In this document: positions 18,300-23,268 of the stretch, in pieces
How the letters are laid out: every line of letters starts with the position of its first letter
Numbering within the stretch: the first letter of the stretch is position 1
NCBI GenBank assembly: GCA_964013405.1
Contig: CAXGWI010000047.1
Location: forward strand, 1 to 23,268
DNA length: 23,268 nucleotides
Direction of reading: 5' to 3'
Source of the DNA: an uncultured Myxococcales bacterium
GTDB taxonomy: Bacteria; Myxococcota; UBA4151
Made by a program: the position numbers and the translations under genes
Notes under the pieces: model-generated
The model's input: only the letters and a program-made list of their open reading frames with translations
Told to the model about the DNA's origin: nothing
The model's database searches: none

Positions 18300-19256
18300 C
18301 TAATCGGTCATGGAGATGACGAGTTTACCCACCGTGCGCTGGCTGCGACTGCGCTCATACGCGGCGGCGATTTGGTCGAGGGGGTAAATCCGTTCGATCA
18401 CCGGATGCAGGTCGCCTTGTTGGATTAACTCGCGCAGATGCGCCAGGTCCGAAGCGCTGGGCGCCACGAAGACAGCGTGGCTCTTTTGACTCCGTATCGG
18501 GTTGAACCAGCTGCTGACGCTCGTGCTGATGAGCTTGACGATGTTGAGGTAGCAGCCGGCGGGCGCCAGTTGGTGACGCACGGCCCCTAGGCTCTGGTTA
18601 CCGACGACGTCGAACCAGACGTCGACCTTAAGGTCCTCGTCGAGCGGGTTACGCTCTTGGTAGTCGATGACTTCATCGCAACCGGCTTGGAGCGCCGCGC
18701 TTCGATTCGCTCCGCTGCAGACACCCACGACGGAGGCGCCGAGCGCCTTGGCGAGTTGCACTGCGATCAGGCCCACACCACCTGAGCAGCCGTTGACCAG
18801 GACGCGCTGCCCGGGCTGAAGCTGAGCGTGGTGCACCAAGCTTTGGTAGGCTGTGAGCCCCACCAGCGGTACACTGGCCGCCTCCTCAAAACTGAGGCGA
18901 GCCGGCATCGCATCGACGAGCTCGCTGGCGCAGCGCGTGACCTCGGCGTGGGCCCCCGGTGTGTGGCGCAGTCTGCGGATCTCGGTCAGCCCCCAGACCC
19001 GGTCACCGGGCTGGAAACGACTGGAGGTGTCCGCCTCGAGCACGACGCCCGCAAAGTCGCCCCCAAGGATGGGCGGGGGCCTTCGACCGAACAGGATGCG
19101 CAGGTCGCCCCGCAAGATCTTCCAATCGACGGGGTTGATCGAGCTCGCATGGACTCGGATCAGGAGCTCACCTGGCTGGCGCGCCGGCCGTGCGGTCTGA
19201 CAGACCTCGAGCGCGTCGGCGCCCCCATAGCGTGTGCAGAGGGAGGCTTTCATCAT
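18300..19256 (-). CDS. Zn-independent medium-chain dehydrogenase / NADPH:quinone oxidoreductase-like
   Basis: HASSINPVDWK, LGGDFAGVV, FEEAASVPLVGLTAYQ, LVNGCSGGVG, YPLDQIAAAY, GKLVI; no Zn-ligand motif. Start at ATG 19256/19253 or GTG 19268. Confidence 0.9.
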   Translation of the reverse strand: MMKASLCTRYGGADALEVCQTARPARQPGELLIRVHASSINPVDWKILRGDLRILFGRRPPPILGGDFAGVVLEADTSSRFQPGDRVWGLTEIRRLRHTPGAHAEVTRCASELVDAMPARLSFEEAASVPLVGLTAYQSLVHHAQLQPGQRVLVNGCSGGVGLIAVQLAKALGASVVGVCSGANRSAALQAGCDEVIDYQERNPLDEDLKVDVWFDVVGNQSLGAVRHQLAPAGCYLNIVKLISTSVSSWFNPIRSQKSHAVFVAPSASDLAHLRELIQQGDLHPVIERIYPLDQIAAAYERSRSQRTVGKLVISMTD

Positions 19257-19271
19257 GGGCTCTTTCACGGG

Positions 19272-19344
19272 TCATTCCGATCCCGGGGAGTTGATGGAGT
19301 TGAATCAGGCTTGCCCACCGAGGCTAACGATACGCGTAGATGAC
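19272..19344 (+). repeat. Right copy of the duplicated junction: 17-bp block fused to the 57-bp block (remnant of the AKR 3' end)
   Basis: TCATTCCGATCCCGGGG-AGTTGATGGAGTTGAATCAGGCTTGCCCACCGAGGCTAACGATACGCGTAGATGAC matches 18118-18134 joined to 18198-18255. Confidence 0.9.
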
Positions 19345-21777
19345 GCCTTCGCCTTCGCCGGTCAGGTAGGAGCAGCGCGTATCGCCCACGTTGCAACCGC
19401 CTGAACGGGGCATCCAACAAATATTGTTCCCATCCCGGCAGCCGTAATCTCCTGTTTGCGTCCCGCACCACCGCAAGTTGTTCCCACCACTGTAGTGATG
19501 GAACATACCGAAGCCGCGATACGAATCGCAGCCATGGGAACAGACATTGTTCGCATCGGGGCTTTGGTAGTCATAACTGTCCCTATAATTCCATCCGGTT
19601 GACTCCCTGATATCGTTGTAGTTGATGGGCTGATTATTACGCCGTTGGTTGATCATCCATTGGGTTCCGAGGTCTTGATATTGGTTGCCGCCACCTCGCT
19701 CCATAAGTCGCAGGTACACGATCAGTTTCTCGGTGAGGGGGTGGTTGAGTTGGCTCAGCGTGCCTCCCGAATTGAAGCCGGCGGCCGTATCTCCAACTTG
19801 TCCGTTGTTTGTGAACTGCTCCCAGTTCCATTGTTCGCTCGCACGGATGTAGGCCATCACTGTCCAGCCGCCTCCAGCGATCTCCATTTCGCAATAGACA
19901 CGCCGGGGGTCGCCGGGGCGGACGTAGTACAGCCCCGAAGGCGTCTGCGGTTCGTTCTCTTTGAGCCACTTGCAGCTAGCCACCGCATCCTCTGGAGTTA
20001 AGCCACTAAGGTTGTTCGTGCAGTCGTTGGCGCAGCCATTCTCATTGTTCTGATCGCCATCGTCACATTGCTCGGCCTGGGGGTTCCGGAAGCCATCGCC
20101 GCAGACGTTCGCAGCGCAATTGGCGAGACAGGCATCCTCGTTCACGTTGTTGCCATCGTCACAGGCTTCCTCTTCGTCGAAGCGAATCCCATCACCACAT
20201 TGGGCTTCTAGGCAGTTACTCAAGCAGGCATCGTTATCGAAGGGGTTACCGTCGTCGCATTCCTCCTCGGCAAGATAGATGATGCCATCGCCACATTCGG
20301 CAAAAGCACAGGCGTTGGTACACTGGTCGCCATCCTCTCGATTCCCATCATCGCAGGTCTCACCCGGGTCGATTTGACCGTCGCCACAACGCTGCTCCTC
20401 ACACTCGGGTGAGCAGCCGTCACCTTCTTGATCATTGCCATCATCACAGGCCTCTCGCTCCGCCCAAACAAAGCCGTCGCCGCAGGCGGCCAAGCGGCAA
20501 TTCTCCACACAGAAATCCGTGTCCACATCGTTGCCGTCATCGCATTGTTCCACCCCTTGGTGCTGGATGCCATCGCCGCAGCGGGCTTCTCGGCATGCGC
20601 CGGTGCAGGCATCGCCATCGACTAAGTTGCCGTCGTCGCAGGCTTCTCCCGCATCCAGGCGCCCGTTGCCGCAGCGCTCTTGCTGGCAGCGGTCGGAGCA
20701 GCCATCGCCGTTGTTGGCGTTACCGTCATCACATTCCTCATTATCGAGATGCTGGATCCCATCGCCACAACGGGCGGAACGGCAACTGCTGGTACAGGCA
20801 TCCCCGTCATCTTGGTTGCCGTCGTCGCAGGCTTCACCTTCATCGATTCGGCCGTTGCCACAGCGCTCTTGAAGGCAGCGCTGGGAGCAACCATCGCCAT
20901 CGTTGGCATTGCCATCATCGCATTGCTCATAGCCTTCTTCTTCGGGCTGCAGGTCGAGGCGCCGGATCCCATCGCCGCAGCGGGCTGGCTCGCAGGCGGC
21001 CGTACAGGCATCGCCCGCGGCCATGTTGCCGTCATCACAGCCCTCTACGCCCGCTTGGACGACACCGTCCCCGCACCGAGCCGGTGCACAACTGGATAAG
21101 CAAGCATCCGTATCGATTTCGTTGCCATCATCGCAGAGTTCACCGGGCTGAACATAGCCATCGCCACAACTGGGGGGACTGCAGTTGGCGCAGCCATCGG
21201 TGGGGTCATCATTGCCGTCATCGCAACCTTCTCCGGGACCGACGATCCCGTCGCCGCAGCGGGCGATGCGGCAATCGCTGCGACAAGCATCATCGTCGTC
21301 GTCGTTGCCATCGTCACACTCCTCGTAGCCACTGACGCCTTCTTCTCGGTCGGTTCGAACCACGCCATCACCGCAGCGGGCGGCGATGCAGCCGACGAGG
21401 CAGCCATCATCGTTGGCATCGTTGCCATCGTCGCAGGCCTCAAAGCCGGCTTCCCCTTCGGCGCGGTCGCTTCGCATGATGCCATCCCCGCAGACCGCGG
21501 GAACGCAGCTGCTCAAGCAGGCGTCGGTGTCTTCGAGGTTCCCGTCATCACAGGCCTCATCCTCGTCGCCGTTGATGGCGACGGTGATTCCATCGCCGCA
21601 GCGGGCCTGTCGGCAGGCACCGGTGCAGAGGTCTGTATCGACGGAGTTCCCATCATCACACTCCTCCTCAAGTTCGACCTCACCGTTGCCGCAGGCTGCT
21701 TGTGTTTCACGGACCACGACTTGTTCCGGGCAGGCCGTGAGCACGAGCAGGGGGAGGAGCAGGTAGCGATGCGTCAT
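19324..21777 (-). CDS. Lipoprotein with 17 Myxococcus Cys-rich (DUF4215) repeats and a C-terminal fibrinogen-related domain
   Basis: Lipobox VLTA-C16; 17 CG[DN]G..E.CDDG[ND]...C...C units counted by hand; then [24 protein letters not shown], ending VIYAYR*; RBS GAGGAG. Confidence 0.9.
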   Translation of the reverse strand: MTHRYLLLPLLVLTACPEQVVVRETQAACGNGEVELEEECDDGNSVDTDLCTGACRQARCGDGITVAINGDEDEACDDGNLEDTDACLSSCVPAVCGDGIMRSDRAEGEAGFEACDDGNDANDDGCLVGCIAARCGDGVVRTDREEGVSGYEECDDGNDDDDDACRSDCRIARCGDGIVGPGEGCDDGNDDPTDGCANCSPPSCGDGYVQPGELCDDGNEIDTDACLSSCAPARCGDGVVQAGVEGCDDGNMAAGDACTAACEPARCGDGIRRLDLQPEEEGYEQCDDGNANDGDGCSQRCLQERCGNGRIDEGEACDDGNQDDGDACTSSCRSARCGDGIQHLDNEECDDGNANNGDGCSDRCQQERCGNGRLDAGEACDDGNLVDGDACTGACREARCGDGIQHQGVEQCDDGNDVDTDFCVENCRLAACGDGFVWAEREACDDGNDQEGDGCSPECEEQRCGDGQIDPGETCDDGNREDGDQCTNACAFAECGDGIIYLAEEECDDGNPFDNDACLSNCLEAQCGDGIRFDEEEACDDGNNVNEDACLANCAANVCGDGFRNPQAEQCDDGDQNNENGCANDCTNNLSGLTPEDAVASCKWLKENEPQTPSGLYYVRPGDPRRVYCEMEIAGGGWTVMAYIRASEQWNWEQFTNNGQVGDTAAGFNSGGTLSQLNHPLTEKLIVYLRLMERGGGNQYQDLGTQWMINQRRNNQPINYNDIRESTGWNYRDSYDYQSPDANNVCSHGCDSYRGFGMFHHYSGGNNLRWCGTQTGDYGCRDGNNICWMPRSGGCNVGDTRCSYLTGEGEGVIYAYR

Positions 21778-21780
21778 CTT

Positions 21781-23268
21781 TTATTCTCCTCGGGTCCACT
21801 CAAGGGAGAGCCCGATGAGTGCTAAGGGCTGAAGGTTATCATTGCGGAAGGTCGCCCGCATGCGCAGGGCCGTCCCCGGTTGATTCTCAGGGAAGGTAAA
21901 GGTTTCGCCGGCCGCAATGTCATTCCAGATCAGGTTCTGCTCGTTGTCCGTGGCACCGTTTGTGACTTGGTAGTTGATGGAGCCGCCTCGCAGGTCTGCG
22001 AGCACCCGGCTGAGCGTGACGCTCTGAATCGGATTGCCGACTCCGGATAAGTCATCGGTTTGCATGACCGTATCGCCTGCAAAGCCTGGGTGATATTCGG
22101 GATCGGTGGTTCCCGAGAGCCCAAAGAAGTCCAGGCGGATTCGTCCGTCACCGCCTCTGTCGCCGCCGGTTGCATCGACACGGTTGTTCCCGACATTCAT
22201 GCTCCGGGCTCGAAGGAAGATCATCCCACCCGAGCCACTCAGGGACCCAGAGCTTCGCGAACGGATTTCGCCGCGGACGGAAATTCCGCTGGCCCAAAGG
22301 ACGATCGCACCACCTCCATCCGCGCCGCTCCGCTCCCGGTGATGCCGTTGACCCCAACAGCAGTACATCTCGACGGAAGCAGAGCGTCCGCCACCGGAGC
22401 CGAGGTGCCATTGGTCCAGTTGGGGTGTCCCGTAGGCTGAGCTTTGCTGACCTTCAAAAACGATGCGCCCATTTTGGTAGCAGTCACGTTCACCTTGGCT
22501 GCCGTAGGAGCCCCCCGAACCGCAGTAACTTGTCCAGCCGCTGTGCCATCCATGCTGGTTGGGACTTGGGTGGCCACTCACCCCAGTTCCACCACCGCCA
22601 ATGGGAGTGGTCACGCCTTCACCATGGTCACCCCCAATACTCTCACCCCGTTGCGAACCAATAATCCGGTAGCCTGCATGGTTCATTTCTAGAGTCCCTC
22701 GAATGTCGGCACTGCCAAGAACTTTGACGAAGAAGATGCCCCCCTTGGTGCCATCCCATTCATCTGCGGTCAGATTGCCGTTCACCCGCAGGCTGCGGTA
22801 GCGGGGGACTCTTTGCAGCATTAATTTCTGCCCGGCGAGATTCTCGTTGCTGTCGGTGGCGCCATAGATTTTGGTCAGGTTGGTGGTGAAGAAGATGGTG
22901 TTCTGACCGTAGTTGATGCGAGCGATCTCCTTGATCTCGTAGTTGCCCACGTTGCCATGATTTTCGTTGTCGCCCTGCAGGTTGATCAGCAGCACCTCAT
23001 CACCGATCTCGACACCGCCGACTCCCCCCTCGACGGTGACACTGGCCTCGCCGATGGCCTCGACGATGAAGTTCACCGCGTCGGGAAAGAGCCGCCCAGG
23101 TTGAGCATCTCGGTTGATATTGTAAGAGCCGTCGATGGTGATGTCGCCGTCTTCGCCCGCACCGAAGTCACTGGGGAAGGGGTCGACGCGGCCGAGAGCC
23201 GTATCCCACAGGGCATTGGTGACTTCCGGGTCGTTGCCTTCGGTGGCGGGAAAGTCGATCGCTGTGTG
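21781..23268 (-). CDS. 5'-truncated large extracellular protein with Gly-rich domain and C-terminal beta-rich domain
   Basis: The frame is open to the window edge (HTAIDFPATEGNDPEVTNALWD...FGAGEDGDITID...). Motifs GDEVLLINLQG, VGNYE, LQRVPRY, WDGTKGG, GSGGG..GGGAIVL..GSGGMIFL..GGDGRIRLD. Confidence 0.75.
   Translation of the reverse strand, partial: HTAIDFPATEGNDPEVTNALWDTALGRVDPFPSDFGAGEDGDITIDGSYNINRDAQPGRLFPDAVNFIVEAIGEASVTVEGGVGGVEIGDEVLLINLQGDNENHGNVGNYEIKEIARINYGQNTIFFTTNLTKIYGATDSNENLAGQKLMLQRVPRYRSLRVNGNLTADEWDGTKGGIFFVKVLGSADIRGTLEMNHAGYRIIGSQRGESIGGDHGEGVTTPIGGGGTGVSGHPSPNQHGWHSGWTSYCGSGGSYGSQGERDCYQNGRIVFEGQQSSAYGTPQLDQWHLGSGGGRSASVEMYCCWGQRHHRERSGADGGGAIVLWASGISVRGEIRSRSSGSLSGSGGMIFLRARSMNVGNNRVDATGGDRGGDGRIRLDFFGLSGTTDPEYHPGFAGDTVMQTDDLSGVGNPIQSVTLSRVLADLRGGSINYQVTNGATDNEQNLIWNDIAAGETFTFPENQPGTALRMRATFRNDNLQPLALIGLSLEWTRGE

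Noticed and set aside
18255..18300. GTCGC...GCGAC hairpin as an integron attC site or terminator
   Set aside because: The stem is short, there are no RYYYAAC/GTTRRRY boxes, and there is no clear U-tract.
19990..21700. Periodic repeats as a CRISPR array or DGR
   Set aside because: They are in-frame degenerate protein repeats, with no identical repeat-spacer structure, no reverse transcriptase and no adenine-specific TR/VR pair.

Overview
GC-rich bacterial chromosomal window. The gene content (eukaryote-like Ser/Thr kinase, TPR-cNMP protein, Cys-rich DUF4215 repeats, DAG/DGG-linker lipoproteins) suggests Myxococcota or a related deltaproteobacterium; this is inference. The middle is mostly housekeeping: tRNA-Val(CAC), miaB, VanZ, gamma-CA, tkt, a DciA-like gene, polA and a PmtA-like methyltransferase. 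The flanks carry signalling and surface genes: a partial intelectin/fibrinogen-like gene, a kinase, tandem FG-GAP lipoproteins, a 17-repeat Cys-rich lipoprotein with a fibrinogen-like tip, and a partial Gly-rich protein. The clearest unexplained structure is a Zn-independent oxidoreductase gene (18300-19256) flanked by a degenerate ~58-bp direct repeat, plus a 17-bp exact block. The repeat duplicates the junction of two formerly overlapping convergent genes, which looks like a single-gene insertion scar with no mobile-element gene in view. No CRISPR, integrase or transposase was seen. All family assignments are motif recognition by eye; no searches were run.
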